Assembly: GCF_963921235.1 (NCBI RefSeq)
Contig: NC_086097.1
Coordinates: forward strand, 12,958,001-13,022,000
Direction: 5' to 3'
Length of the DNA: 64,000 bases
Origin: Mobula hypostoma
Taxonomy: Eukaryota
In this document: positions 38,879 to 51,843 of the stretch, piece by piece
Layout: each line of letters starts with the position of its first letter
Position numbering within the stretch: the first letter of the stretch is position 1
Made by a program: the position numbers and the translations under genes
Notes under the pieces: model-generated
Database searches by the model: none
What the model was told of the DNA's origin: nothing
What the model saw: only the letters and a program-made list of their open reading frames with translations

Positions 38879-41800
38879 ATGGAAGGTTTGCAGCCTCCAC
38901 TGACACTTCAATTGTCTGGGAATGTAGCTGAGAACTGGAGAAAATTTAAGCAACGTTTTGAATTGTTTTTATTGGCGATCAAAGCAGATGGAAAACTAGA
39001 AAAAATGAAAGCTGCGCTTCTACTCCATGTAATAGGTGATGATGCATTTGAGGTATATAATCATTTTCTTTTTGAAAATGGAGATAATTTAAAGTTGGAA
39101 TCAATAGTAGACAAATTTGAAGCATTTTGTATACCGAAGTGTAATGTGACGTACGAGCGGAATAAATTTTTTACATGTGCGCAGGGAGCTGGTGAAACAA
39201 TTGATCAATATGTTACTGAGTTGAGACACTGGAGTAAAACATGCGAGTTTGGAGAACTGACAGACTCTCTTATTAAAGACAGAATTATTTGTGGCATTTG
39301 GGATAATGGTCTGAGAGAAAGACTGTTAAGAGAACAAGACTTAGACTTGTAAAAAGCTTTGATGTGATGTCACAGGCTAAAGACATTTTCATTGAAAAAG
39401 CGCAAACATATTAGGAAAAATAATAAAATGACAACAAAACAGACAGGGTGCAAGACATCATCTGAGAGAAAAAAGCTATGTGAGTGCTGTCGGCGGCAGC
39501 ATCGGCCAAAACACTGTCCAGTGTATGGGAAAATGTGCAACGACTGCAGTAAGAGTAATCATTTTTCACAGTGTTGCAGAAGTAGAAAGAAAATAAAACA
39601 ATTAAATGCAGTGCTTGAAAATGAACTTGAAAAGTTGTACATAGCTGTGCTTTGTGAAAACAAAGAAAGTAAGAATGACTGGACTATTCCATTGGAAGTG
39701 AACCAAAACAATATTCTGTTTAATCTTGATACTGGAGCACAAGTAAATGTTCTTGCAGAACCTGAGTTTAATGCATTGAAGCCAAGACCAAAGTTACATA
39801 AGACAAATATAAAAGTGACTGAGTATTCAGGTGCAGACATTCCAGTTAAAGGAACATGTGTGGCAAAAGTATCACACAAAAATATTGTGCACATGCTTTC
39901 ATTTACGGTGGTGCCAAGGAAAGTACAGTCAATACTGGGTCTATCGGCCTGTGAGAGATTGAATTTGGTGAAAAGAGATTAGTCCTGGATAGTGACACAG
40001 AGTCAGAATACAGTGTCTTGATGAAAGAGTATGAGGACTTGTTCAAAGGGCTTGGTTGTCTTCCAGGAGAGCACATGATTAAAATTGACAACACAGTGCA
40101 ACCCGTAGCACATCCATGAAGAAAAGTACCTTTTGCATTACGTCATCAACTGAAAACAGAGCCTGACAGAATGGAATGGCTAGGAGTCATAAAAAAAAAT
40201 TGATGAACTGACTGAATAGGTCAATTCGCTTGTCATTGTTGATAAGAAAAATGGAAAACCGAGGATTTGCTTAGATCCAAGAGACTTGAATCAAGCCATT
40301 AAAAGAGAGCATTCCAAATTGCCTACTCGTGAAGAAATTATGTCACAGTTTGCTAATGCAAAGTATTTTAGTATATTAGAAGCATCCTCTGGATTCTGGC
40401 AACTTAACTAACTAGATGAACTTAGTCCAAAGTTGTGTACCTTTAACATTCCTTTTGCCAGATACTGTTTTCTTAGACTTCCGTTTGGAAATGCATCAGC
40501 TCCTGAAGTGTACCATAAAACCATTCAAATGTTATATGAGCACATTGAGGGCGTGGATACTTCCATGGACGATATTATCTTTTGGGGACCATCTAAACAA
40601 GAGCATGATGCCAGACTCAGACAAGTATTTGAGGCAACACACAAGGCAAACCTGAAGTTGAATAAAGACAACTGTCAGCTAGGAGTGACTGTGTGGGTGA
40701 TATCATCAGCAATGAGGGTGTGAGTCCTGATCCATTGAAGGTTTCTGCTATTGAGAACGTGCCAAGACCGCAATGTAAAAAGGATGTTCAAAGGTTCATG
40801 GGAACGGTCAACTACATGGGAAAATTCATACCCAATCTTTCGGAACAGCTTGCTCCATTGCGGCAGATAACAGAAAAGAAAAACGAATGGAACTGGAATC
40901 ATGAACGGGAGAAGGCATGGCAAAATCTCAAGAAAGTGCTCACTAAAGAACCTGTGTTGAAATTTTATGATGTTGAGAGACCCATCAAAATCTTATGTGA
41001 TGCATCTCAAGCAGGCTTAGGGGCAGTATTACTCCAGAAACATGATAAGGGATGGCTACCTGTGGCATGTGCATCTCGTTCATTACCTAATCCAGAAACA
41101 AGATATGCCCAAATTGAAAAAGAATTGCTCAGCATTAGTTTTGCTTCCGAGAGATTTCATCAGTTTGTGTCAGGGCAATCTATTGACGTTGAGACTGATC
41201 ATAAGCCTCTGATTGCATTGTTTCGCAAGCCTTTAAGCGATTGTCCTTTGCGAATTCAGCGAATGATGATCAAATTGCAAAGGTATGCATTGAGTGTGTC
41301 ACACACACCTGGAAAATTCATGTACACGGCTGACACACTTTCCAGAGCTGTGGATCCAACAGCAAAAGACATTCACAGGGATGCTGTTGATGTTCAGGCA
41401 TTTGTTGATATGATCATAGAGGCTGTACCTGTTTCTGCTGAAAAGTTGGTACTGCTGCGTCTTGAGACAGAGAAGGACAAAATTCTCAGTCAGGTAATAC
41501 AAGTGGTGATGGATGGATGTCCAGATAATAGGCATTACTGTACCTCTGAAGTACAAGAACATTGGAACCGTGGATCAGAACTTTCTGCTGTGGATGGGAT
41601 ATTGTACAAAGGTGGCAGAATTGTGATTCCTAAAAGTCTCCGAAAAGAAATGTTTGGGAAAATTCATGGCCACCTAGGTATTGAAAAATGTAAGAGAAGG
41701 GCTCAGGAAGTGATGTTTTGGCCCAGGATGAATCAAGAAATTGCAGAATTGGTGTCTTCTTGTCAAATCTGCCTTAAATACCAACCTAGCAACCCTAAGG

Positions 41801-42676
41801 AGCCACTGCATCCACATCCTAGTCCTCAGAGACCTTATCAGAAGGTAGGCGTTGATCTTTTTGTAACTGACAACAAAGATTATCTATTAATAACAGATTA
41901 CTACCCATTGTATCTTGAAGTGTGTGGCCTGAGCAGAACAACTGCAGAGAATGTAATTACATTCATGAAATCAGTTTTTTCCAGACATAGTGTACTTGAT
42001 GACAAACAATGGTCCACAATTCAATGGCAAAGGCATGAGATATTTTGCTCATGAATGGGGCTTTGTTCATACAACATCTAGTCCATTTTTCCCCCAGTCC
42101 AATGGATTAGTTGAGAAGTGGGTAGGAATTATCAAGAAACTGATTGCCAAAGCAAAAGATAGTGGAGGTCATTTTACTAAAACTTTGTTAGCCTATCGCA
42201 GTACTCCACTTGAATGTGGATTTTCACCTGCTCAGCTCTTGATGGAATGCCGTTTGAGATCCAATCTGCCAATAAATGAGAGCTTTCTGAGAACAGAGGG
42301 AGGTGAACAGGTGAAAAGATGGAAAGATGAACACAAAGCAAAGCAGAAAACATACTTTGACAGATGTTCTCGTCCATTACCTGAACTGCACTAAAGAGAT
42401 GAAGTAAGGATACAAGACAAAATGAACACATGGACACAGAAAGCTGCAGCACTTGAAGAAGTACGACCCAGATCATACATGGTCCAAACAGAAGAAGGAA
42501 CAGTGTTAAAAAGAAATCACAAAGACCTTAAGAAAGAGCCAACTTCAGAGTTTCAGTTAACTGACGCAGACCAGACAAAACATGGAAATAACAACGAAAC
42601 ACAAGAACTGCGTGAACCACTTAGAAGGTCTACTCGTGTTCGTAAACCCCCAGACAGACTGATAGAGACATGTTAA
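38879..42676 (+). pseudogene. gag-pol of the Mag-like Gypsy (PR-RT-RH-IN), several frameshifts and stops
   Basis: ENWRKFKQRFE gag motif, decayed Cys knuckles, FNLDTGAQVN protease, SMDDII RT, CDASQAGLGAVLLQ RNase H, GHLGIEKC..SCQIC and QSNGLVE integrase. Confidence 0.92.
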
Positions 42677-45223
42677 ATTATGCATTTGCTCTGGTCAATG
42701 ATGCTAATTGTTTTTCTTTTTAAGGAATGGAAGATGTGGTGATATGACGTGTCAGAACGTGATTGGGAAGAGTTCTGAGCATGCGCAGAAGTGATAGAAT
42801 GATCGAGAACATGGTACTGTAAAAACGTGGTTTAGTTGTTGCTGTAAATAAAAGTTCTATTTCTTCCAGAAGATGTTTCTTTATTAGTAACCCACGGTAC
42901 GTATAAATATAAAGAACACAACACTCACAAAGGACTTTATCGCTATAATAGGCTTATTTTTGGAGTAGCATCTGCACCTGCATTCTGGCAGAACGCTATG
43001 AACCAGGTGCCGCAAGCTTACCCAGACACTCAGTGTTACCTGGGTGATCAGATTGTTACCAGTGAGGATGACAAGGAACATCTTTAAAATCTCAAGACGG
43101 TGGTAAAATGATTAGAAGATTAGAGGCTTGGAGTACAACGTAACAAATGTGAATTCTACTTTCTGTGTTCACAATATTGATGTTTAAGGATTGCACAGCT
43201 GTGCTGAGAAAATTCAAGCAGTGGTAGATGCCCCAAGGCCAAAGGACATGTCACACTGAGGTCCTTTTTAGGATTTTTCAATTACTATAGCAGGTTCCTG
43301 GCTAAACTGGCTACTGTGCTCCACCCCTTGAAATCATTACAACAAATCAGGAAGAAACGGCAATGGACAAAGCAGTGTGAGGTGGCTTTCCAAAGGGTAA
43401 AGGAAATGGTGATATCAGACACTGTACTCACACTTTATGATCCATAGTGAAGCTTGCCATGCATGTTCGGGATGCCAGTATAGCCAGTACTGTCAGTCAG
43501 CTGTCCAGTACTGTCAGAACTACTTCCTGCAGTCTCAACCTCAACTCCTACAACCACCATGGAGGAGGCCAGAACCTGAGAATGCTTCACAGGCACAAGT
43601 CTCACCCGCCAAGTAAAGTGTACTCCCTTGTCAGGAAAGATGTTATCCCACAACAGTAAGAAATCCTCCACAGTGATTAAATCTTTAGGCCTGAATGGGA
43701 CAATGTAAAATTTACTATCCTGGATGTCTTGTATTATATAGTACACTGTATATACAAGTTAAGAGGCATTCTCTATTGAGTTGGAGTTCATAGCTAAGCA
43801 GGGAGGAGTGTTCTGTATATAATATTACAGTAATATTGTAAATACATTGTTTGGGTAAGCATCCCTTATTTGTTTAAATAATTAATTATGGGTAATTTGT
43901 GAAAAAACATGAATTGCGTACGTCATAGCATATGATATGCATGCGCCTCAGTTAAAGTAAAAACAAATGTACCCATGTTATCTCCTGGATCCCTTCTTTT
44001 CCTTCAAATTAGTTTTATGTTTTGGAGTTCAAACCATAGCAGAGCCAAGTTCATTAATGACACTTAAAAGATATTTGAAGTGTATTCAGTTAATTAAAAA
44101 TGTTTTTTTTTGCTGCTGTTTGTATGTGGGAGGGGTAGCTTTTGGAGTTCTAACATTTTTCTGTCATTCATTCCTTAGGGCTTTTCTTCTGTTTCATGAA
44201 TGTCTGTGAAGAGTATGGATTTCAGATTGTTTAATGTATACATTCTCTTGGAATAATTTGAACAATTGAACCGTCATATTCCAATAATTTTTGGCTGAAA
44301 ATCTTGGCTAGCAGTCAATTATAGTACCACACCTGTTAGAGACGCTGTGCTGTGCCTACACTCTCAGAAATCACAGCAGTATTCTAAAGAGCGTAACAAT
44401 TCCCCCCAATGTATCTGCAAAAAATTATTGTTACAAAAGCAATATTTTTAAATAGATCATCAGCCTAATGCTGCTTGTAACAACAGCTTCATTCTCCACA
44501 ACTGCATGAAGTTGTTCAGCTACTGACTGAATAAAATTAAAATTGAAACATTACCGCTGTTTCTCCCTCCACAGATGCTGCCTGACCTGCTGAGCATTTC
44601 CAGTGTTTTCATAGGATCTTGAAAATGTAGATCACAGAAGTGGGTCCTCACGGCAAACCTTGTACATGCTGATCACTTCCTCACATAATTCCAGTACCAA
44701 CAATTTTCTTTTTCAGTTTTAGGTTTTATTTCTGTTTTCTAATATCTGTAGTATTCTGGTTCTGTAAAAAAAAATAAATGCATTGGTGTTAAATGCTTGT
44801 GGCTAGTATTCCATGGTACCCAACTGAGTGCTGATCTTCACTAGAGAGTTATCTTAGAGAAATGACCAAAAACAGGTGATATCCATTTCTGTAGCACGTT
44901 TCAGAACTATCTGAACTGATTTACAACTGAACATTCCCCTGAATATGCCTATTGTTTGTCAATTGTTCTCCAAGGCATGTGGACAGCACCTGAAATACAA
45001 GCAGCAAATGCTGGAAGTGTTTTGCAGGTCAGGCAGCACCTGTGGAAAGAGAAGCCATTAATCATTTTAACCTTTTGTGATTTAAGGAAAATGAACCAAA
45101 AGCATGTAAGGATTAACAGAGAAAATCTTCAACTTATTGAATTTTAAAGATTATCAAAATACCTGTTGCTATTTGCTTGTGGAGTTCTTAATTGAGCCTT
45201 GAATTTAGGTCACAAATATTTCA

Positions 45224-45377
45224 TCACCAGCCTCTCGGACCCGATCCTGCAGACACATAAATTCAAAAATTGCATTCAATTCTCTATTACCTTTATTAAT
45301 GGACTCTATTAACAAGCATATTAAACTGAATGCAATTGACAAACTTGTGCGTCTGCGGGATCAGGGCCGGATGGTGA
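45224..45377. repeat. Imperfect approx 155-bp palindrome (hairpin element)
   Basis: TCACCA..CGGACCCGATCCTGCAGACACA..AATTGCATTCA pairs with TGAATGCAATT..TGTGCGTCTGCGGGATCAGGGCCG..TGGTGA. Confidence 0.7.
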
Positions 45378-45562
45378 GCCACAGACACCTGTGGAACCAA
45401 TTGATCTCAAATGTGTTTCAGCAACTGGTATGCAGCTTCGCAACCTTTCAGCCATTAACACCTCCAAAAGCCTCTCTGTGCTATGACAGTAAATCAATAT
45501 TAATTGAGATATACTGTAAAGAAAGGAAGTCAGTTTTAGACTGAAGATCCACAATACCCTGC

Positions 45563-45845
45563 GTGGGTGGCACGTTAGCGTTGTGGTTAGCACAACACTT
45601 CATGTTACAGGCAACCAGGGTTCATTTCCCGCTGCTGCCTGTAGGGAGTTTGTAAGTTCTCCCTGTAACTGTGTGGATTTCCTCCGAGTGTTCTGGTTTT
45701 CTCCGAAAGTCCGAAGTCAGTAGGTTAATTAGTCATCGTAAGTTGTCCCGTGATTAGGCTATGGTTAAAAAGGGGAATTGCTGGGCAGCATGGCTCGAAG
45801 GTCAAAAGGGCCTACTCTGTGCAGTATCTCAAATTTAAAACAATG
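45563..45845 (+). mobile_element. HE1-like V-SINE; other copies approx 7720-7950, 11705-11923+12189-12250, and 1290-1500 (-, decayed)
   Basis: tRNA-like head plus V-domain-like GGAGTTTGTA.GTTCTCCCTGT..CTGTGTGGATTTCCTCCG. Confidence 0.78.
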
Positions 45846-45879
45846 AGAAAAAAATCACCTCAGTTAGAAGCATCACATT

Positions 45880-46497
45880 TAATCAGAGCATTGAGTACAG
45901 GAGTTGGGATGTAATGTTAAAATTGGTAGGCCAAATTTGGAGTATTGTGTACAGTTCCGGTCACCGAATTATAGGAAAGATGTCAACAAAATTGAGAGAG
46001 TACAGAGAAGATTTACTAGAATGTTACCTGGGTTTCATTTCCTAAGTTACAGAGAAAGGTTGAACAAGTTGGGTCTTTATTCTTTGGAGCGTAGAAGGTT
46101 GAGAGGGGACTTGATAGAGGTATTTAAAATTATGAGGGGGATAGATAGAGTTGACATGGATAGGCTTTTTCCACTGAGAGTGGGGGAGATTCAAACAAGA
46201 GGACATGAGTTAAAGTTGAGAGATAAAGGGCAAAAGCTTAGGGGTAACAAGAGAGGGAACTTCTTTACTCAGAGTGTAGTAGCTGTGTGGAACGAGCTTC
46301 CGGCAGAAGTGCTAGAAGCAGGTTCGATGTTGTCATTTAAAGTTAAATTGGATAGCTATATGGACAGGAAAGGAATGGAGGGTTATGGGCTGAGTGCAGG
46401 TCGGTGGGACTAGGTGAGAGTAAGAGTTCGGCACGGACCAGAAGGGCCGAGATGGCCTGTTTCCATGCTGTGATTTTTATATGGTTATATGGTTATT
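45880..46497 (+). mobile_element. CR1 LINE 3' fragment
   Basis: ORF 45904-46413: RPNLEYCVQF, LERRRLRGDLIEVFKI; (TATATGGT)n tail. Confidence 0.9.
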
Positions 46498-46644
46498 TAA
46501 ATTGATCGAGTAAAGAATGGAAATATGGAGTGATAAACTATCATTAGGTTGAATCAAATTTCAGTCACTGAAGGAATGGCCACTTTTTATTAGAGCACTA
46601 CAATATGGAAACCAGCTCTTTAGCCCATCTAGTCCCCGTTGAAG

Positions 46645-46679
46645 GGTCCTGACGAAGGCTCCGGCCGGAAACGTTGACC
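46645..46679 (+). ncRNA. Minimal hammerhead ribozyme motif in a Penelope repeat (repeat extends to approx 46740)
   Basis: GGTC-CTGACGA-A-GGC/TCCG/GCC-G-GAAAC-GTT-GACC; stem I GGTC/GACC. Confidence 0.65.
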
Positions 46680-47569
46680 GATCTTTTTCACAGATGCTGC
46701 CCGACCTGCTAAGTTCCTCCAGCGTGTTGTGAGTGTTAGTTAGGCCCTGTTGAATTGTCCTCCTGTCTTTCATAGGTGGAACTAGCTGGATCACTGGTGC
46801 TGGTACATAGGCCTCTGGAGATTTGATGGAAGATAAACACAACATTGACATCAGCATGACTTGACAACGGAAAGTTTCAGCACACACTGATCTGCTCCAT
46901 GAACATTAACCATGCAGAAGCCAATTGTGCTAACGGGAAAAATGCCTCAAATATGTACACAAAAATGGGGGTGTTGTACAATCTTTCCCGGCTTTGTATC
47001 CTGAGCCACAGTATGGTTGCCAGCTGTAAGATGAATGCAGACCTACCGTGAAAAGTCCTGTAAGCTCTGAAATGCCGTATCACTTGACACTGTGCCATAA
47101 ATGAAAACTGTATCTCGTGTCTTTGCAATGGAGGTACTGACTCTGCGAATATCTGTTGCAAAATAAGTTACCTGCATTCTTTTCAATTTAATCTCCTCAG
47201 GAGCTGTCATATACTGGTGTCATAGCTGAGGGAGCAAAGAAATATTTCATATAAATTTATTACTTATCTCAACAGCCTGGTTTTCATTGTGTGGAAAAAT
47301 AATAGTACCTTATGTTCATCAACTTCAAAGAAAATGTTGGATCCTTAAAGTGCTTTGAGATCATTTTTAACAAGTAGTTCATTTCTTCCGTGTTCTAATA
47401 CAAGTACAGTATTAAGGACAAATCATTCAAAGGTGTTCATGTAAAACTGAAGAATTGTAATGAAGCAAAGTGTCAGGTCTGCACAGTCTTCACCCAGCTA
47501 ACAGGAATCATCTGCCATTCATTTCCAACACATCACTTGCAGCCTATTTAAACACAGTTCACATCACAG

Positions 47570-48015
47570 TAGCAACACAAAACGCTGGAAGAACTCAGCA
47601 GGTCAGGCAGCATCTAAGGCCTGACCGCCATTCTAAGGAAATGAATAAACAGTTGACGTTTCGAGCCAAGACACTTCATCAGAACTTGAAAGGCAGCGGG
47701 ACGTTGTCAAAATAAAAAGGAGGGGGGAGGGAAAGGAGGGTAGCTGGAAGGTGATAGGAGAAGTCAGATGGGTGGGAAAGGTAAAGATCAAGAGAGGAAG
47801 GAATCAGATAGGAGGGGAGAATGGGCCATAGGAGAAAGGAAAGGAGGGGTCCCAGGAGAAAGTGATAGGCAGGTGCGAAGTAGTAAAAGGCCAGAGTAGG
47901 GAAGGGGAGGGATTACTTTTTACCTGAAGGAGAAATTGATATTCATGCTATCAGTTTTGAGGCTATTCAGACAGAATATAACGTGTTGTTCCTCCACCCT
48001 GAGTGTGGCCTCATC
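47570..48015 (-). mobile_element. Penelope-like element 3' end with ORF C-terminus
   Basis: Minus-strand peptide EEQHVIFCLNSLKTDSMNINFS resembles the end of PLE GIY-YIG ORFs; followed by a pyrimidine-rich tract and the terminal repeat. Confidence 0.78.
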
Positions 48016-48571
48016 TAATTTCAGTCCTTTGTTCATCCATTGGACCAGCCAGCCCCAACTAGTTGCAACTAGCCACCCACTACCTTGCTGGCTGGCCGTG
48101 TTAAGTATCTGTTCTCTCTTGTTTTGAGACACCTCATGGGTTGTTATTTTGCAGTTTATTTGTTTACTGCTACATTGTTTCCACTACACTGCTTTTGGGT
48201 CAAACCTCTTCTATATTTTCTGATGCAAAGAGATGTTTTCCAAGTATCAGATTTTTTAAAAAAGTTGTAACGAAGAGCTTAGCCTAATCTTGAAGTCATT
48301 TTCAAACAATCTCACCCAGTACAGGTAGGAAGATAAACATTTTCTCTTGTAAATTAAAGAAGAAGTTCAAGAGTGCCATATGGTATGACACATGCGATGA
48401 TGGTCTTATGGCCATGATTGTTCTTGGCAAATTTTTCAGCAGGAGTGGTATTCCATTGCCTTCTTCTGGGCAGTGGCTTTACAAGATGGGTGGCCCAACC
48501 ATTATCAATACTCTTCAGAGATTGTCTGTCTAGCGTCAGTGGGCATATAACCAGGGCTTTAGATATATATA

Positions 48572-50194
48572 CAGTTGAAGTCAGACGTTTACATATACCT
48601 TAGCTAATTACATTTAAACTTAGTTTTTCACAATTCCTGACATTTAATCCTAGAAAACATTCCCATGTCTTAGGTCAGTTAGGATTACGACTTCATTTTA
48701 AGAATGTGAAATGTCAGAATAAAAATAGAGAGAATGATTTATTTCAGTTTTTATTTATTTCATCACTTTCCCAGTGGGTCAGAAGTTTACATACACTTTG
48801 TTAGTATTTAGTAGCATTGCCTTTAAATTGTTTAACTTGGGTCAAATGTTTTGGGTAGCCTTCCACAAGCTTTTCACAGTAAGTTGCTGGAATTTTGTTC
48901 CATTCCTCCAGACAGAACTGGTGTAACTGAGTCAGGTTTGTAGGCCTCCTTGCTCGCACACACTTTTTCAGCTGTGCCCACAAATTTTCTATCGGATTGA
49001 GGTCAGGGGTTTGTGATGGTCACTCCAATACCTTGACTTTATTGTCCTTAGGCAATTTTGCCAAAACTTTGGAGGTATGCTTGGGGTCATTGTCCATTTG
49101 GAAGACCCATTTGGATCCGAGCTTTAACTTCCTGGCTGATGTCTTGAGATGTTGCTTCAATATATCCACACGCTCTTCCTTCCTCATGATGCCATCTATT
49201 TTGTGAAGTGCACCAGTCCCTCCTGCAACAAAGCACCCCCACAACATGATGCTGCACCCGCATGCTTCATGGTTGCGATGGTGTTCTTCGGCTTGGAAGC
49301 CTCACCCTTTTCCCTCCAAACATAACGATGGTCATTATGGCCAAACAGTTCAATTTTTGTTTCATCAGACCAGAGGACATTTCTCCAAAAAGTAAGATCT
49401 TTTTCCCCATGTACACTTGCAAACTGTAGTCTGGCTTTTTTATGGCGGTTTTGGAGCAGTGGCTTCTTCCTTGCTGAGTAGCCTTTCAGGTTATGTCGAT
49501 ATAGGACTTGTTTTACTGTGGATATAGATACTTGTCTATCTGTTTCCTCCAACATCTTCACAAGGTCTTTTGCTGTTGTTCTGGGATTGATTTGCACTTT
49601 TCGCGCCAAAGTACCTTCATCTCTGGGAGACAGAATGCGTCTCCTTCTTGAGCGGTATGACAGCTGTGTGGTCCCATGGTGTGTATACTTGTGTACTGTT
49701 GTTTGTACAGATGAATGTGGTACCTTCAGGCATTTGAAAATTGCTCCCAAGGATGAACCAGACTGGACATCATTTTCTGACCTCAATCTAATAGAAAATT
49801 TGTGGACAGAACTGAAAAAGTGTGTGCGAGCAAGGAGGCCTACAAACCTGACTCAGTCACAACAGTTCTGTCTGGAGGAATGGAACTTACTGTGAGAAGC
49901 TTGTGGAAGGCTACCCAAAATATTTGACCCAAGTTGAACAACTTAAAGGCAATGCTACCAAATACTATCAAAGCGTATGTAAACTTCTGACCCACTGGGA
50001 AAGTGAGGAAAGAAATAAAAGCTGAAATAAATCATTCTCTCTACTATTATTCTGACATTTCAAATTCTTAAAGTAAAGTAGTGATCCTAACTGACCTAAG
50101 ACAGGGAATGTTTTTGAGGATTAAATGTCAGGAATTGTGAAAAACTGAGTTTAAATGTATTTAGCTAAGGTGTTTGTAAATTTCTGACCAACTA
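48572..50194 (-). mobile_element. Sleeping Beauty/Tdr1-like Tc1 (IR/DR group) transposon, rearranged with two right ends
   Basis: TA-CAGTTGAAGTC terminus; IR/DR with inner direct repeat CAGTGGGTCAGAAGTTTACATACAC; TA at both flanks; transposase remnant inside. Confidence 0.93.
48801..49764 (-). pseudogene. Tc1 DD34E transposase, N-terminally truncated and frameshifted
   Basis: SGSSLGAI..., WSDETKIELFG, MLWGCF, FQMDNDPKH, PDLNPIENLW, C-terminus QFKGNATKY as in Sleeping Beauty. Confidence 0.93.
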
Positions 50195-50214
50195 TAGATA
50201 ACCGCCGTTTAGAA

Positions 50215-50700
50215 TAATCCCACTTCACTGTGATTGCTAACTTGCTTTCATATTTAATCTTTTCCCTTCTAATGATTCTTTTAGTTGCTCTCTGCAGGTT
50301 TTTAAAAGCTTCCAAATCCTTTACCTCCCCACAAATTTTGCTTTGTTGGAGCCCTCTCTTTTGTTTTTCACTTGCTTTGACTTCCCTTGTCAGCCATTTT
50401 TGTACTATTTTGCCGTTTGAGTATGGACTTTTTTTTTGGAATACATCTGTCCTGAGAGATGTATTTAGATGCACTGCATTCCCTTTATCTGTCCTGCTTG
50501 TGATCTCCTCAAAGGATTCCAACAAGTTCATCAGGCAAGATTTTCCCTTAAGGAAACCATGCTGACTTTGTCATGTGTCCCCAAGTACTTCATAACTTCA
50601 TCCTTAACAATTGACTCCAACATCTTCTCAACCACTGAGGTCAGGCTAACTGGTCTATAATTTCCTTCCTGTTGCCTTCCTCCGTTGTTAAGGAGTGGAA
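50215..50700 (-). mobile_element. CR1 ORF2 internal fragments
   Basis: GNYRPVSLTSVVEKMLESI, NLLESFEEIT..DKGNAV. Confidence 0.8.
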
Positions 50701-51359
50701 TGACATTTTTCCAGAAACTCATGCCATTGCTGCTCTGCTGTCATCCATGGCAACAGCTCCTTCAAATCTACTTTGGCCAACTCCTCTCTCAATGGCCATT
50801 TACAACAAGAGGAGAGAAAAAAGGGAACCTTAACAGAAACTTACCAGAGTTAATGTCTCGTCCAAGCCAAAGCCTGACACTGCTACTCTCATCACTAGCC
50901 TACTCCCAACAATTGCCCCTGCACTTGTTCCTTTTGTACTCTTATTTAATTTGCTGTTCCTGCTTCCACTACTGATTGGACCTCCAGATGTTAGTCAATA
51001 AAGAGCAACACAACATACCCCAGTTTCCATCAATTGCTTTGTAGCTCTATGGGTCATGGCTTGTCAAATGGACACTCAAATGCTCTCTAAATTATCCCTT
51101 CAGGCTTCAGAACTTCCAAACCCTTACTAAACTCTGGGGGAAAAAATCTCATTTCATTCACCTGCGTTTAATCCTTCTAAAATCAATCACCAATTTCTCA
51201 AAAGTTCAGGTTATTAGCCCTGAACCATCAGGCTCTTAAATCAGAGTGGAGAACTTCGCTCACCTCTACACTTTCAAGGACTCTGCAACTCATGTTCTCT
51301 TTATTTATTTATTTATGATTGTTTCTTTTTCTTTTTTTTGTATTTGTTCAATTTGTTGT

Positions 51360-51843
51360 CTATGAGTCTGTGGTGGCCAATGCGGTCATCTTTGCTGTTG
51401 TGTGCTGGGGCAGCAGGCTGAGGGTAGCAGACACCAACAGAATCAACAAACTCATTCGTAAGGCCAGTGATGTTGTGGGGATGGAACTGGACTCTCTGAC
51501 GGTGGTGTCTGAAAAGAGGATGCTGTCCAATTGCATGCCATCTTGGACAATGTCTCCCATCCACTACATAATGTACTGGTTGGGCACAGGAGTACATTCA
51601 GCCAGAGACTCATTCCACTGAGATGCAGCACAGAGCGTCATAGGAAGTCATTCCTGCCTGTGGCCACCAAACTTGACAACTCCTCCCTTGGAGGGTCAGA
51701 CACCCTGAGCCAATAGGCTGGTCCTGGACTTATTTCCTGACATAATTTACATATTACTATTTAATTATTTATGGTGCAACTGTAACGAAAACCAATTTCC
51801 CCCGGGATCAATAAAGTATGACTATGACTATGACTATGACTAT
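51360..51843 (+). mobile_element. Rex1/Babar-type 3' fragment, same young family, nested in an older LINE tail
   Basis: Near-identical to 58770-59242; (GACTAT)n tail. Confidence 0.88.

Larger units (their letters stand above)
37903..42923 (+). mobile_element. Full-length (decayed) Mag/K02A2.6-like Gypsy LTR retrotransposon with short LTRs
   Basis: About 186-bp LTRs at 37903-38088 and 42735-42923; 5-bp TSD CTCAC (37898-37902, 42924-42928); PPT at 42721-42734; PBS TGGTGTCAGAAGT (tRNA-Leu type). Confidence 0.95.
37430..44040 (+). mobile_element. Older, internally deleted Gypsy (K02A2.6-like) split by the 37903-42923 element; 3' LTR approx 43809-44040
   Basis: The RT reading AYLQMEVEEES..NTH (to 37902) resumes as KGLYRYNRL.FGVASAPA after 42928; a purine tract GCAGGGAGGAG precedes a TG..CA LTR-like block. 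Confidence 0.8.

Noticed and set aside
40693..42054. 453-aa ORF as a functional gene
   Set aside because: It is the RT/RNase H/integrase part of a Gypsy pol, frameshifted at both ends
46776..47161. Acceptor-like site and short ORFs as a host exon
   Set aside because: All plus frames stop within approx 50 nt; the minus-strand ORFs have no recognisable domain
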